A stretch of DNA of 64,000 nucleotides, taken from contig CP070835.1 in NCBI GenBank assembly GCA_020341775.1, positions 1,692,089 through 1,756,088 of the forward strand. The letters run 5' to 3'. Position 1 is the stretch's first letter; the number at the start of each line of letters is the position of its first letter. The notes below the pieces were generated by a model, which did no database searches, was not told where the DNA came from, and saw only the letters and a list, made by a program, of their open reading frames with translations. This document shows positions 9,989 to 19,521 of the stretch, piece after piece. The translations under genes were made by a program, and so were the position numbers. Source of the stretch: Candidatus Bathyarchaeota archaeon. GTDB taxonomy: Archaea > Thermoproteota > Bathyarchaeia > Bathyarchaeales > SOJC01.

Positions 9989-10003
9989 CAAAATCCCCTT
10001 TCA

Positions 10004-10009
10004 TTTTTT
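10004..10009 (+). terminator. oligo-T tract after pilin 1
   Basis: T6 run 16 nt after the stop codon. Archaeal RNA polymerase terminates at oligo-T. Confidence 0.4.
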
Positions 10010-10097
10010 CTGAAAATCACATAAAAACTTTCCAAGCTGGAGTCTAACCGAAAAAATCCTGACTCAAATGAACCATTTGAATGTGTAGCACTGTTGT

Positions 10098-10107
10098 ACA
10101 CACAAAT
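10098..10107 (+). promoter_or_regulatory. ACACACAAAT motif upstream of pilin gene 2
   Basis: Exact 10-mer, about 51 nt upstream of the ATG at 10158. Confidence 0.4.
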
Positions 10108-10709
10108 TGTCTTATTCATTAGACGTCAACGTTTCGCTGACAGATGGAGAGAAAAAAATGAAAAGTCTTTTGAAGAGCAAGAAAGGGCTCAGCACCGTAG
10201 TGACAACGCTAATAATCTTGGTAGTCTCAGTGCTGCTAGCTACTGTCGTTACTTTCTACGCCATCAACGTGACCACAACCAGAGTGGAAGAAGAAAGCCT
10301 TCAAGTCTTTAAGCTACATACATGGCACAACGGCACAACTTTCGCTGAAACAGCATTTCTTGTAATCAACACGGGTGGTCGAGACGTCGTTATCGACAAG
10401 ATCACTGTGAGAGGCCAAGAATGCGCGTGGACGACTGTTTACCACAACAAAACGCAGGACACAATCAACAGCGACCTTCCATATAACTCCACTCTTACGG
10501 ATGGTGGAACCATAACCGTAGGCTCGACTGGTTACACGTTCACTCAGGCTAGCGACGACTTGATCTTGAAGTCGGGCTGGACCATGATAGTCTACATAGC
10601 CAACCCTGACCACATCGCAGTCAGCGACATCGGTGTCACAGTGGGCATCAATGTCTTCACAGCCAACGCTCAATACTACAAAGAAGCTAACGTAGAGGCT
10701 TCAAGCTAA
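10107..10709 (+). CDS. archaeal type IV pilin (class III signal peptide), copy 2
   Basis: About 88% identical by eye to copy 1: KSKKGLSTVVTTLIILVVSVLLATVVTFYAINV.... Probable start is ATG 10158 (MKSLLKSKKG), preceded by GGAGAG. Confidence 0.8.
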   Translation: MSYSLDVNVSLTDGEKKMKSLLKSKKGLSTVVTTLIILVVSVLLATVVTFYAINVTTTRVEEESLQVFKLHTWHNGTTFAETAFLVINTGGRDVVIDKITVRGQECAWTTVYHNKTQDTINSDLPYNSTLTDGGTITVGSTGYTFTQASDDLILKSGWTMIVYIANPDHIAVSDIGVTVGINVFTANAQYYKEANVEASS

Positions 10710-10739
10710 ACAGCAAATCATCAGTTCAATACCTCTCTC

Positions 10740-10745
10740 TTTTTT
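10740..10745 (+). terminator. oligo-T tract after pilin 2
   Basis: T6 run about 30 nt after the stop codon. Confidence 0.35.
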
Positions 10746-10806
10746 CTCATTTCGATTTCACGCATACAAAATATGTAATCACTATTCTTATGCGTAGTAC
10801 AATTTC

Positions 10807-10816
10807 ACACACAAAT
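10807..10816 (+). promoter_or_regulatory. ACACACAAAT motif upstream of the pilus assembly operon
   Basis: Exact 10-mer, about 70 nt upstream of the TTG start at 10886. Confidence 0.4.
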
Positions 10817-10885
10817 CATCATATTACTTCTGCAAGTAGCAGACATTGAAGTCTAATCGTTATATTACAAACCGGGGCACGTTAA

Positions 10886-11722
10886 TTGCATCGCAGAAAG
10901 TCAAGAGCAGCACAGTTCCTACTTTCAAAGAAAGCAACTGCCCTGCCTGTCTCATTTCTTATGTTATTCGTCTCCCTCACCCTAATCGTCTCAGCAACAT
11001 ACTACATTTCAGTGACCAAAATCCAAGCAAGAGGAGCGCTTCTCAACATCGCTGAAGCCAAACACAGTATAACAACATTCGAGAGCTTCGTAGGATTTGC
11101 TGCATGGTCTCCAGGCACCTCAAGCACTTATCATTTCGAAGACTCAGGTGGCACATTCAAGATTTACCCCAACACAAAAAACCTTCTCGTCAACATAACA
11201 GACAACAACACGTTCTACATGGTCGCCTTCAACAGCAGTGTCGGAAAAGCTGTCTACGAGCTGCCACCAGCCGAAACTGCAGTATACACGTTCTACCTGA
11301 AAGGGGATCGAAGAGCAATAATCAACCAAACTGCTTTCACAATGTCGCAGATTCACTTATCCCCTGGAACATCCGCGCCCGAACTGACCTTAGCTTATCG
11401 TCCTCTGGCAACTATGAGTGAGACCGACTTCGACGTAAAACCAGTAAATACGCTTAGACTATACATAATCAGCTTTGAATCTTCAGCAACCCTGACAGCC
11501 CAGGGCGAACTCGACGTCAAATCCACATGCGTAAACGTAACCTCCAATTTGCAGACCTACAACTTTTCCACACCAATAAACACCATCTTCGCTCGGGCGA
11601 CCATGGATGAAAGAAGCGACATCGTAGCGCTTCCAATGATGAGCAACGTAAATGGATCTTTTTTAGAAGTCGAGACTCTGGTATGCCACATTAAATTGGA
11701 AAGAATCCAGCGAGGTAGCTAA
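10886..11722 (+). CDS. pilin-like protein with N-terminal hydrophobic helix
   Basis: Basic leader then KKATALPVSFLMLFVSLTLIVSATYYISV. Sequon-rich (NITD, NNTF, NSSV, NQTA, NVTS, NFST, NGSF). First gene of a tightly packed operon. Confidence 0.6.
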   Translation: MHRRKSRAAQFLLSKKATALPVSFLMLFVSLTLIVSATYYISVTKIQARGALLNIAEAKHSITTFESFVGFAAWSPGTSSTYHFEDSGGTFKIYPNTKNLLVNITDNNTFYMVAFNSSVGKAVYELPPAETAVYTFYLKGDRRAIINQTAFTMSQIHLSPGTSAPELTLAYRPLATMSETDFDVKPVNTLRLYIISFESSATLTAQGELDVKSTCVNVTSNLQTYNFSTPINTIFARATMDERSDIVALPMMSNVNGSFLEVETLVCHIKLERIQRGS

Positions 11723-11723
11723 C

Positions 11724-12182
11724 ATGCCAACGATAGCTCCAAGCTACATCTACGCCTTCTTCGCCTTGGTAGCAGTGTCCAGCATTCTCATCTCTTCCTT
11801 TGCAGCATATGCTGCAAGCCTTCGAACACTCCCAGAAATGCGCCAGCTCCAGAATCTGCTCAACCGCGTTGCAGCCAAAAGCTGTGAGCTCATAACACTG
11901 ACGACCACTACAAACTCTAGCTCAGAAGCCGTGTTGAAGCTCCCATCAACCATAGGCAACAAACATTACTGGATTAGACTGCACAATGAAACTTCAAAAG
12001 CTTGGGTCGAAGGTGTGTTTTCGTCAATGGGCCTAGGCGACTCAGCCCCACGAGTGTATATTCCCAATTTTGTTTTTCCGTCTGGAAACCACTCCAGCGC
12101 CTATGGCCCAGCAATTTTAGAATGTTACATGAACGGCTCCACCGTCAAGCTGCATCTAGAATCTTGGAGGGACAGCGTGTGA
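11724..12182 (+). CDS. pilin-like / minor pilus protein
   Basis: N-terminal hydrophobic segment PSYIYAFFALVAVSSILISSFAAYAA. Starts 2 nt after the previous stop. Confidence 0.55.
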   Translation: MPTIAPSYIYAFFALVAVSSILISSFAAYAASLRTLPEMRQLQNLLNRVAAKSCELITLTTTTNSSSEAVLKLPSTIGNKHYWIRLHNETSKAWVEGVFSSMGLGDSAPRVYIPNFVFPSGNHSSAYGPAILECYMNGSTVKLHLESWRDSV

Positions 12183-13768
12183 AATTGAAGTTACACAAGA
12201 AAAAGCAAAGAAGAGAAATCGAAGAAAGGCCAGATCTAAGTGTCTCCGAAGAGACACTAGCTGGATATCTAGATCTCAAACGATTTACAGTTCCTGAAGG
12301 CTGCAGCGAAGTTGAAACTTACCCACTCAAGGCTCCTTATTCCTACGCTTCAATTGTTCAAGATGAGGAAACAGGAGTCTACTTCTACATTGTCGATGAG
12401 CTCTCGCTAACAAAGGAGGAAAATGACCTTTTCTTTAGAATGAAGAACATCTTGGAATATGAGCTTCAGGCCCCCCTAGGAGATGAAACATTGAAGGAAT
12501 CATTCCATGCGCAGATGCCCACCATCATCGACTCGCATGGAAAAGCCTTCAGAGATTTTTCTCCCATAAGCCTTAGAAAAATCCTGTATTACCTAGAACG
12601 GAACATTGTGGGCTATGGCAAAATCGACCCGTTTATGCATGATACCTACGTGGAAGACATAAGTTGCAGCGGAATCAACAAACACATTTTTCTTTGGCAT
12701 CGGCGGTACGAGAACATTAGAACCAACATTTTCTTCAGAGAAGAGCAAGAACTTGACGATTTTGTCATGAAAATGGTTCACAAGGCAGGAAAACACGTCA
12801 GCATAGCCTTTCCTATAGTAGACGTTACTTTGCCAGGACAGCACCGCTTGGCAGTGTCCTATGGAAGAGAAACTACCCCTTCAGGAACCAGCTACACCAT
12901 TAGGAAATTCCGCGAAGACCCCTTCACCATAGTGGATTTGATTGAGAACGAAACCATAGACGAAACGATTGCAGCGTACTTGTGGCTACTAATGGAAAAC
13001 AAAATGCCCGTCATGATAATGGGGGCTACTGGAGCGGGAAAGACTACAGCCCTTAACGCAATTGCTTGTCTTGTGAGGCCTAATTACAAAATAATCTCAG
13101 TAGAAGAAGTAGCCGAAATTAATTTGCCTCACGAAAACTGGACAGCAACGATTGCTCGTTCGGGATTTGGAGTAGAAAGCGAAGGCGAGATTACCCTTTA
13201 CGATTTGATAAAGTCGGCGGTAAGACATCGACCAGACTTGATAATTGTGGGTGAGGTCCGAGGCGAAGAGGCCTATGTACTCTTCCAAGCCTTAGCGACA
13301 GGACATGGGGGACTCTGCACACTGCACGCCGAGGACGTAGAGACAGCCATTAAACGATTGACGCAACCACCAATGAACATACCGTCCTCAATAATTCCGC
13401 TAATGAACTGCGCAATCATCGTGAAACACGTTCGAAAGCCCATCTTCCTCGGAGGTGACAAAAGACTTTCTAGTAGAAAATTTATTCGCGTGGCTGAAAT
13501 AAAAAGCGAAACATCAATAAAGAACATTTTTGCTTGGAATGCTTCTTCAGACACTTTTCAAGAAAATTTGAGCAGCAGCTATTTAGCAAACAAAATTGCC
13601 AGAGATTTGGATGTTTCTGTCGAGCAAGTTTGGGATGATTTGATGCAGCGTAAAAAAATTTTGTTGGAAATGGCAGAGCACAATATTCGAGATTATCGTA
13701 GCGTGAATGAAGTTCTAAGCAAATACTACTACAATCCCCGAGATCAAGGGAAACTTGGGCAGGGATAA
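12179..13768 (+). CDS. type IV pilus/secretion ATPase (PilB/GspE/VirB11 superfamily, ArlI/FlaI-like)
   Basis: Walker A GATGAGKTT, Asp box/Walker B DLIIVGEVRGEEA, His box ATGHGGLCTLHA. The ORF track extends to 12002, but that part overlaps the preceding gene. GTG at 12179 overlaps its TGA (GTGTGA). Confidence 0.9.
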   Translation: MKLKLHKKKQRREIEERPDLSVSEETLAGYLDLKRFTVPEGCSEVETYPLKAPYSYASIVQDEETGVYFYIVDELSLTKEENDLFFRMKNILEYELQAPLGDETLKESFHAQMPTIIDSHGKAFRDFSPISLRKILYYLERNIVGYGKIDPFMHDTYVEDISCSGINKHIFLWHRRYENIRTNIFFREEQELDDFVMKMVHKAGKHVSIAFPIVDVTLPGQHRLAVSYGRETTPSGTSYTIRKFREDPFTIVDLIENETIDETIAAYLWLLMENKMPVMIMGATGAGKTTALNAIACLVRPNYKIISVEEVAEINLPHENWTATIARSGFGVESEGEITLYDLIKSAVRHRPDLIIVGEVRGEEAYVLFQALATGHGGLCTLHAEDVETAIKRLTQPPMNIPSSIIPLMNCAIIVKHVRKPIFLGGDKRLSSRKFIRVAEIKSETSIKNIFAWNASSDTFQENLSSSYLANKIARDLDVSVEQVWDDLMQRKKILLEMAEHNIRDYRSVNEVLSKYYYNPRDQGKLGQG

Positions 13769-13770
13769 GG

Positions 13771-15279
13771 TTGGCTTTCAATTTCAATCCACTGAAGCTG
13801 TTCCGCTCCATGATTACATTTCTTTCTGGAAAACAAAAGGCTTCAGAGATTGACAAAGAGCTTCCTTTCACTGTAATGTTGTTCACGTTGATGGCAGCCA
13901 GTGGAATAGCAGTTTATGATGCTTGGAAAAAACTATCTCGAATCAAGTTGCTACCTGAAACCCAGAAGGAGGCTCAAGAAGTCGTAAGACAAGTTGAGGT
14001 TTTGGGGCACGATCCATTAACAGTGATGTATAAAAAAGTTGAAAACGCGCCCTCAAAAACTTACCGTGACTTCCTAGCAGGTTATGTTTCCTCAGTGAAA
14101 AGCGGGGTAAACGTAGTTAATTTTTTAAGAAGCAGACTCCGTTCTATTCTAGAAACGCAGAGCGCAACAGCTTTTCGCTCAATTGAGAGATTAGGAACCC
14201 TGGTGGAAGCCTACGCAGTCATGCTTATTGTAACCTTGTGCGTTTACATTCTATATGTAGTGCTTTCTACCACAGCTACGTTTGAATACTTATCCATAGG
14301 CGCATCCTCTTCTGCTTCAGACCCTCTAATGTACGCCCTCATCTTCTTGGCCACCCCATTTATAACGTTCGTTTTCATGGCAATAGCCAATCTTGCGCGC
14401 CAAAGCAACTTACTAACTGTCAAGGAAGCCTACCGCAACGCGGCAATCTCGGGAGGGGCAGCTGCTGCGTTTTTTGCCGTGGTAATGTTTACGCCCCAGC
14501 TAGCATTCGTGCTAGACGCCCTATCTCCACCAGGAGTGGTCACCCTTTGTCTGATGGCGGTTTCTCTGCCCCCCACATTGGTCTATCGAAAAATTGCTAG
14601 AAGAAATTTTGCAGCGGAAGAAGCCGTGCCTAGCTTTCTACGAGACGTGACAGAGTCGAGAAAGATTGGGCTTTCTCCGGTGAAGAGCATAGTTCACGCC
14701 ACGGGGAGAAAAGCATATGGAACATTCAGCGAAACACTACATCTTGTCCGAAGCCAAATTGAATGGGGAATCCCTCTTAGAAGAATTTTTGGCAACGTGA
14801 GAAAACATATCCGAAGCTGGCCTGTCTTAGTCTACTTCTTAATTTTAGTGGAGACAATAGAGTTTGGAGGAGGATCCGCAAATGCTTTGGAATTGCTGTC
14901 TGAATATAGCGAAAAAAACCGGGACATCGAGGCAAACAAGCGCTCTACTCTCAAACCTTACGTCATGTTAGCCTTTGTCTGGAGCGTACTTATCGCCCTC
15001 ACGACATCAATAGTAGCCATAACGATTTTAGTCCTTACCCAAATCACTGCTCCAGGTGCTTCACCAGCAATGTTCAACGCCATGCAACAACAAATAATGA
15101 TGTTCTCCATTGGCATAATTTTCCAGTGTTGGATGTCCGGCTTCTTTATAGGCAAAATAAGTGAAGGCACTTTCGCTGCGGGCTTCAAATACTCTGCGAT
15201 GCTCGCCATCACGGGATATGTTTCGCTATTCTTATCTCAAAACTATCTGCGGGGAATGCTTGGAGTAGTGCCTGCATAG
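13771..15279 (+). CDS. type II secretion system F-family polytopic platform protein (ArlJ/TadC-like)
   Basis: 502 aa with repeated blocks of transmembrane helices separated by cytoplasmic helical domains. Immediately follows the ATPase, the canonical ATPase plus platform pair. Confidence 0.85.
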   Translation: MAFNFNPLKLFRSMITFLSGKQKASEIDKELPFTVMLFTLMAASGIAVYDAWKKLSRIKLLPETQKEAQEVVRQVEVLGHDPLTVMYKKVENAPSKTYRDFLAGYVSSVKSGVNVVNFLRSRLRSILETQSATAFRSIERLGTLVEAYAVMLIVTLCVYILYVVLSTTATFEYLSIGASSSASDPLMYALIFLATPFITFVFMAIANLARQSNLLTVKEAYRNAAISGGAAAAFFAVVMFTPQLAFVLDALSPPGVVTLCLMAVSLPPTLVYRKIARRNFAAEEAVPSFLRDVTESRKIGLSPVKSIVHATGRKAYGTFSETLHLVRSQIEWGIPLRRIFGNVRKHIRSWPVLVYFLILVETIEFGGGSANALELLSEYSEKNRDIEANKRSTLKPYVMLAFVWSVLIALTTSIVAITILVLTQITAPGASPAMFNAMQQQIMMFSIGIIFQCWMSGFFIGKISEGTFAAGFKYSAMLAITGYVSLFLSQNYLRGMLGVVPA

Positions 15280-15293
15280 GAGCGTTTCTCACG

Positions 15294-16370
15294 ATGCCTG
15301 CATCCTCAATAGACACATTCTTTGCATGTTCGCTTATGGTCATACTCATTGTGTCAGCAATGGCTGGCACAGCAAAGATTGCGCAACCCTTTCTAGCCAA
15401 TTCAACAAATATGAGTGACTTTGAACGAGTACGCAGTTTGACTGAATACATGCTTTTGAGCACAGGCACGCCGTCCAATTGGGGAAATGATGCAGAGGTA
15501 ATCCCATCGGTGTTTGGCTTGGCGACAGCAACTCAACAGCCATATGAACTAGATTTGGATAAGGTTTGCCGACTAAACAGCCGCAACGCATACTCTATTA
15601 AATACGCTGATGTAGTGGCGGGCTTGGTCGAGGATGTGGTGCTGAATGTGAAAATCTGCCCGCTCTTTGAAGTCTTGATTGGATTAACTTCGATCCAAAG
15701 TGAAGAAAACACAACCAAGTACACTTTTCAAATCTCGACAACCAAATCTGGGATCCCAATTTCAGCTTGGTTAAGCTGTTATCTAGTTGTTGAAGCCAAC
15801 ATCTACAGGCTGTCTTCGTCAACGGACTCAAAGGGGCAAAGCTTTGTGAATGCTACTTTATCTAACTCGCTCGCCGGAGCAGCGATATTTGCAGTGTTTG
15901 CAAAGTTCAAAGCCCACTCTCAAATGATGGGCTTCAACGTGTTCTCCTTCGGTCACAACGTTGAACCTCCCGAACCCAACAACACTTTTCTTCGGCTCAG
16001 CCCGTTGAATCATGTTCTAAACGTGTCTTTCCAAAACCTAACTATCGAAGTTTCCAACGCCTCCATCATTACCTACAACTACCAATTCACCCTCTCACAA
16101 ACTGCGACTGGGAATCAAACAGAAGAATATGCTATTCCCCATCTTTTAGACGACAGCCCTATGATACTTGTACTTAGCGGACACAACGCTTCTGTTACAT
16201 CCTTTACTGAATGGACAGCATACCCCCAAGTTCCCATGGAAATCGGCCCCGACATCAGCGAATCAACCACCAGCACAAAGGCACCAGCGTTAACCTACAT
16301 TGTGATTGTAAACTCCGTGCTCTACAAGGCAGTAATTACTTGCAGGAGCGTGTGGAGCCAATATGCTTAA
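15294..16370 (+). CDS. pilin-like extracellular protein, sequon-rich
   Basis: N-terminal helix IDTFFACSLMVILIVSAMAG and many N-x-S/T sites. In operon. Confidence 0.55.
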   Translation: MPASSIDTFFACSLMVILIVSAMAGTAKIAQPFLANSTNMSDFERVRSLTEYMLLSTGTPSNWGNDAEVIPSVFGLATATQQPYELDLDKVCRLNSRNAYSIKYADVVAGLVEDVVLNVKICPLFEVLIGLTSIQSEENTTKYTFQISTTKSGIPISAWLSCYLVVEANIYRLSSSTDSKGQSFVNATLSNSLAGAAIFAVFAKFKAHSQMMGFNVFSFGHNVEPPEPNNTFLRLSPLNHVLNVSFQNLTIEVSNASIITYNYQFTLSQTATGNQTEEYAIPHLLDDSPMILVLSGHNASVTSFTEWTAYPQVPMEIGPDISESTTSTKAPALTYIVIVNSVLYKAVITCRSVWSQYA

Positions 16371-16782
16371 CAGTGTGGGGCAAATGAGAACAGTTGAAGC
16401 CTTCTTGGCAATTCTTCTGTTATTTTCAGCCTTTTCCATAGCCACCCTAATGTCTCCAGCGCCAACTATCGAAAATGCGGATTCCTTGACCACAATGGGA
16501 ATCCAAACACTTGTTTCTATCGACAACGATGGTACGCTGGGTAAGCTGATTGACGAAAGAAACTGGACAGCACTATCAGAGGCGTTAGACACGTCGCTGA
16601 ATGTCGGCACTTCATACAACCTTACAGTTTATGACACAGACCTAGAGACAATGAATGACGTTCTAATTACAAATGGCCTAATATCCAGTGGAGACGTGGT
16701 TTCTTTTCAATATCCCTGCGCAAGCCCAACATCTGCAGACAACTACTACCTTCTTCAACTGCAACTAGCAACAGCGAGATGA
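16363..16782 (+). CDS. pilin-like protein (class III signal-like N-terminus)
   Basis: MLNSVGQMRTVEAFLAILLLFSAFSIATL: a G-Q junction followed by a hydrophobic helix containing an early Glu. Overlaps the previous gene by 8 nt. Confidence 0.6.
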   Translation: MLNSVGQMRTVEAFLAILLLFSAFSIATLMSPAPTIENADSLTTMGIQTLVSIDNDGTLGKLIDERNWTALSEALDTSLNVGTSYNLTVYDTDLETMNDVLITNGLISSGDVVSFQYPCASPTSADNYYLLQLQLATAR

Positions 16783-16788
16783 ACCTCT

Positions 16789-17556
16789 ATGAAAGGAAAA
16801 AACTGTCGACAATGTTCAGGGCAGATTCTAGTGATAGCTGTATTTGTCGTTAGCGTGATTCTGTTATCAACCCAACTTTACATATACGAAACAAGCCGAT
16901 CCCTGGAAAGAGAAAGAACAGTTCGTGTAGCCGATTTCGTTTCAGCTGTTAGGCTGGGCTCCAAACATGTTGTTATTGGCTCGCTGGCCAACATTTCCCA
17001 GGGGAGGAACAACTCGAATCTTGAATCCAGCCTAGATGGGTGGACACACTTTGTAGGCAGCCTGTACCAGTTTGGGAAGCCCGTACTAAATTTCACGCTC
17101 AACCACGCTGCACCCTACAACAATGGAACACACATTTCGTGGGAGACAAACGGTTCTGGCGTCTCAAGCGCCCATGTAGACTTCACCCTTTCACTTACAC
17201 AACGTCAAGCTCAAGTTCAACTGCCCTACATCTGGAATTTAACAACCTCTCTAATGATACATGGTGTTCATCGGACAGTTTCAGGCAATACTAAACAGAT
17301 AAATGTCACCTGCAGCTTGTTTAACGAGGAACATCCAACATTGGCTCAGAATATCACTGTACTTTTTGAAACCTCAAACTCGTGGTTGAGTGCAACTGAG
17401 CAGAGCAATTATAACTTCACCGATCACGGCAATGGAACCTACACCGCTTCCTTTGAAGCCGAAGCTTTAGAAGAAAGCGTAAACGTGTCTGCTCAAGCAT
17501 ATGACATGCGAGGAATCTACGTTCAAGCTAACACCACTTGCGTGAACACTCCATAG
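16789..17556 (+). CDS. pilin-like extracellular protein, sequon-rich
   Basis: N-terminal GQILVIAVFVVSVILLSTQLYIY helix. At least 10 N-x-S/T sequons. Confidence 0.55.
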   Translation: MKGKNCRQCSGQILVIAVFVVSVILLSTQLYIYETSRSLERERTVRVADFVSAVRLGSKHVVIGSLANISQGRNNSNLESSLDGWTHFVGSLYQFGKPVLNFTLNHAAPYNNGTHISWETNGSGVSSAHVDFTLSLTQRQAQVQLPYIWNLTTSLMIHGVHRTVSGNTKQINVTCSLFNEEHPTLAQNITVLFETSNSWLSATEQSNYNFTDHGNGTYTASFEAEALEESVNVSAQAYDMRGIYVQANTTCVNTP

Positions 17557-17617
17557 AAGGCAAAGGAGAGCTTCGCCCATGCCTTTCAAAAAGATAGTCT
17601 GCAGAGAAGGTTTTGAC

Positions 17618-18952
17618 CTAAGGGCTGTGCCAATCACCGACCATCCCCCTAGGTTTACCGCACTTTTCCCTTCCATACCGGCTGACAGGCTTAGTTAAAT
17701 GTCTTTGAGAGCGAGGAGAAACGATGAAAAGCCCTTCTGAAATTCGGCGCTTCTCCTGCACCAAAATCCTTTTTTTGTTTACGGACTTAAATCCACACCT
17801 CGCACATTTTAGTCCTTGTCCCCAGCCCATAGAACTCATTCTTTTTCGACATTTGGGACATTTCAAATTACATGATTTGTATTTGGGCGCTAATTTTAGA
17901 ATCACCATTTTTTCGAGGTTTACTGTTAAAGGCTGCAGAGAGGTACTTGGTCTGACTCCACCAGAAACTTCTAAAATATCTCCTGGAATTAGCTGCCACG
18001 CAATTTTCCTTAGCCTACCAGTTGGTTCATAAGCAGCACAGTCGACCGCTCCTGTTGCGTCCCCAATAGTAAATATTCTATGCCTTCTCCGAACTAGCTT
18101 AGGCTTAGAGGTGACGGTGCCGCGAAGAATTACTGATTGGTACTGTTGGATGTCGCTAATTGCGTCGACCCTTCTCAAATGTGCGTCAGTTCCGTGATTG
18201 GTTCGAAAAATCACCCATCGCTCGATTGGCTCCAAAGCGTAAACACATCGATGCGCTTGAACCACTGCCTCGGCGGTTTCCCCCCGGATGCCATAAAGAA
18301 TCGGATCTGGACCTCGAGGTGTTATAAGGACTCGTTGAGTTTCAGGATCTATATTGTTGAACGTTTGCTGTACAGTCTCCTGGTTCATTCTTTCCACCGA
18401 TTCCATGCTCAGCTGGCGGGAAGTGCCTCGGTATTCAGGTGTTCTATAAGCTATTACTTCGTAGGTGTGGTCACCTTCAAGAGGCTCGCCAACAGCAGCG
18501 AGAGCACCAACCAAACCATATCCTGCTCCAAAACCCAGCGCTTCTGCTTTCAGTCTGTTGATAAGCTTTCGCGCCTGATTCATTCTAACGATGCCTTGGA
18601 TGGTTTCTTTAGCAAACGCCCTTAGTTCTTCAGGAATTGCGTCACCTTGAAAAAAGACGAAGCCCGGATCTGTGTCTTTAACACCCAAAACCGAGTTCGC
18701 TTCAATTGTGTCAGCCACCACCTCAAAGATGGAATGCGCTGTAGCCCGATCACATGAGAGGCGAAGACAAAGAGCCCCATTTCCTCGGGTTTTCCAAGGC
18801 ACATTAGGATTCAAGCGGACAAGGTTAGGGTAATCAGTGAAGGTCGCCCCCAAGTTCTCAAGTTTTTCCACTAGTAAAGCAGCTATGTAAGTGGTGCATC
18901 CGCCCCTAGGGGAATCAGTGTCGTCGAAGCCAATATGTAGATTCGCAATCAA
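17618..18952 (-). CDS. tiaS: tRNA(Ile2) 2-agmatinylcytidine synthetase
   Basis: N-terminus LHIGFDDTDSPRGGCTTYIAALL is the TiaS signature. C-terminal zinc ribbon CPKCRKRMSSMG...CARCG. TTG start. Confidence 0.9.
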   Translation of the reverse strand: MIANLHIGFDDTDSPRGGCTTYIAALLVEKLENLGATFTDYPNLVRLNPNVPWKTRGNGALCLRLSCDRATAHSIFEVVADTIEANSVLGVKDTDPGFVFFQGDAIPEELRAFAKETIQGIVRMNQARKLINRLKAEALGFGAGYGLVGALAAVGEPLEGDHTYEVIAYRTPEYRGTSRQLSMESVERMNQETVQQTFNNIDPETQRVLITPRGPDPILYGIRGETAEAVVQAHRCVYALEPIERWVIFRTNHGTDAHLRRVDAISDIQQYQSVILRGTVTSKPKLVRRRHRIFTIGDATGAVDCAAYEPTGRLRKIAWQLIPGDILEVSGGVRPSTSLQPLTVNLEKMVILKLAPKYKSCNLKCPKCRKRMSSMGWGQGLKCARCGFKSVNKKRILVQEKRRISEGLFIVSPRSQRHLTKPVSRYGREKCGKPRGMVGDWHSP

Positions 18953-19147
18953 CGTTCAGCATTTTCTGATTAGCTGCTCTCTGATAAAAGTACTTTGACA
19001 CTATGTGAGATGCAGGCCATCCCATTTTCTGTGCTGACTCCTTCGACTGACACCTGAAGCACCTCCCCATTGCCAGGCAGAGTTGATTCAATAATTAACG
19101 TAATTCATCCTCATGCCTTGCTTCCGCATTCTTCGACCGCAGTTTTT

Positions 19148-19468
19148 CTACATCATTCCCAACAAAATGTTGTACTGCTTTAAAAAGTTCCGTCCCTTCT
19201 CACTTGCACCGTACAACACGCGCTTTCCTCGAGTCATTGTTTCAATGAACCCCATCTCATCGAGAGATTCGATATATTTCGTAACCTCTGAAGTGTTAGT
19301 TCCAATATGTTTCATGATGGAATATCTGGAAGCCTTTTCATCATTAAGAACTTCAAGGAGTGAAGCAATGATCTCAAAATGACTTCTATTTTTCTTCCCT
19401 GTCAAAGAATGCAGACCAGAATATCTTCTATAGCTTTCCATCAAATTCCCTACAATGTATGTATTCAT
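19148..19468 (-). CDS. small winged-helix DNA-binding protein (HTH_45-like)
   Basis: 106 aa. SHFEIIASLLEVLNDEKASRYSIMKHIGTNTSEVTKYIESLDEMGFIE...GKRVLYGASEKGRNFL is a wHTH with wing. Confidence 0.65.
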   Translation of the reverse strand: MNTYIVGNLMESYRRYSGLHSLTGKKNRSHFEIIASLLEVLNDEKASRYSIMKHIGTNTSEVTKYIESLDEMGFIETMTRGKRVLYGASEKGRNFLKQYNILLGMM

Positions 19469-19521
19469 AATTGAAAGACATCTAGGTTTTTTCGATTGAC
19501 CTTATTGAAAAAGATGTCCAT

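Noticed and set aside
9617-10673. Antisense ORFs of 124 and 119 aa conserved in both pilin copies
   Set aside because: Their conservation is explained entirely by the near-identical duplication of the sense genes.
12002-12178. 5' extension of the pilus ATPase ORF in the six-frame track
   Set aside because: It overlaps the preceding pilin-like gene by 180 nt in another frame and has non-protein-like composition. GTG at 12179 overlaps the upstream TGA, a typical coupled start.
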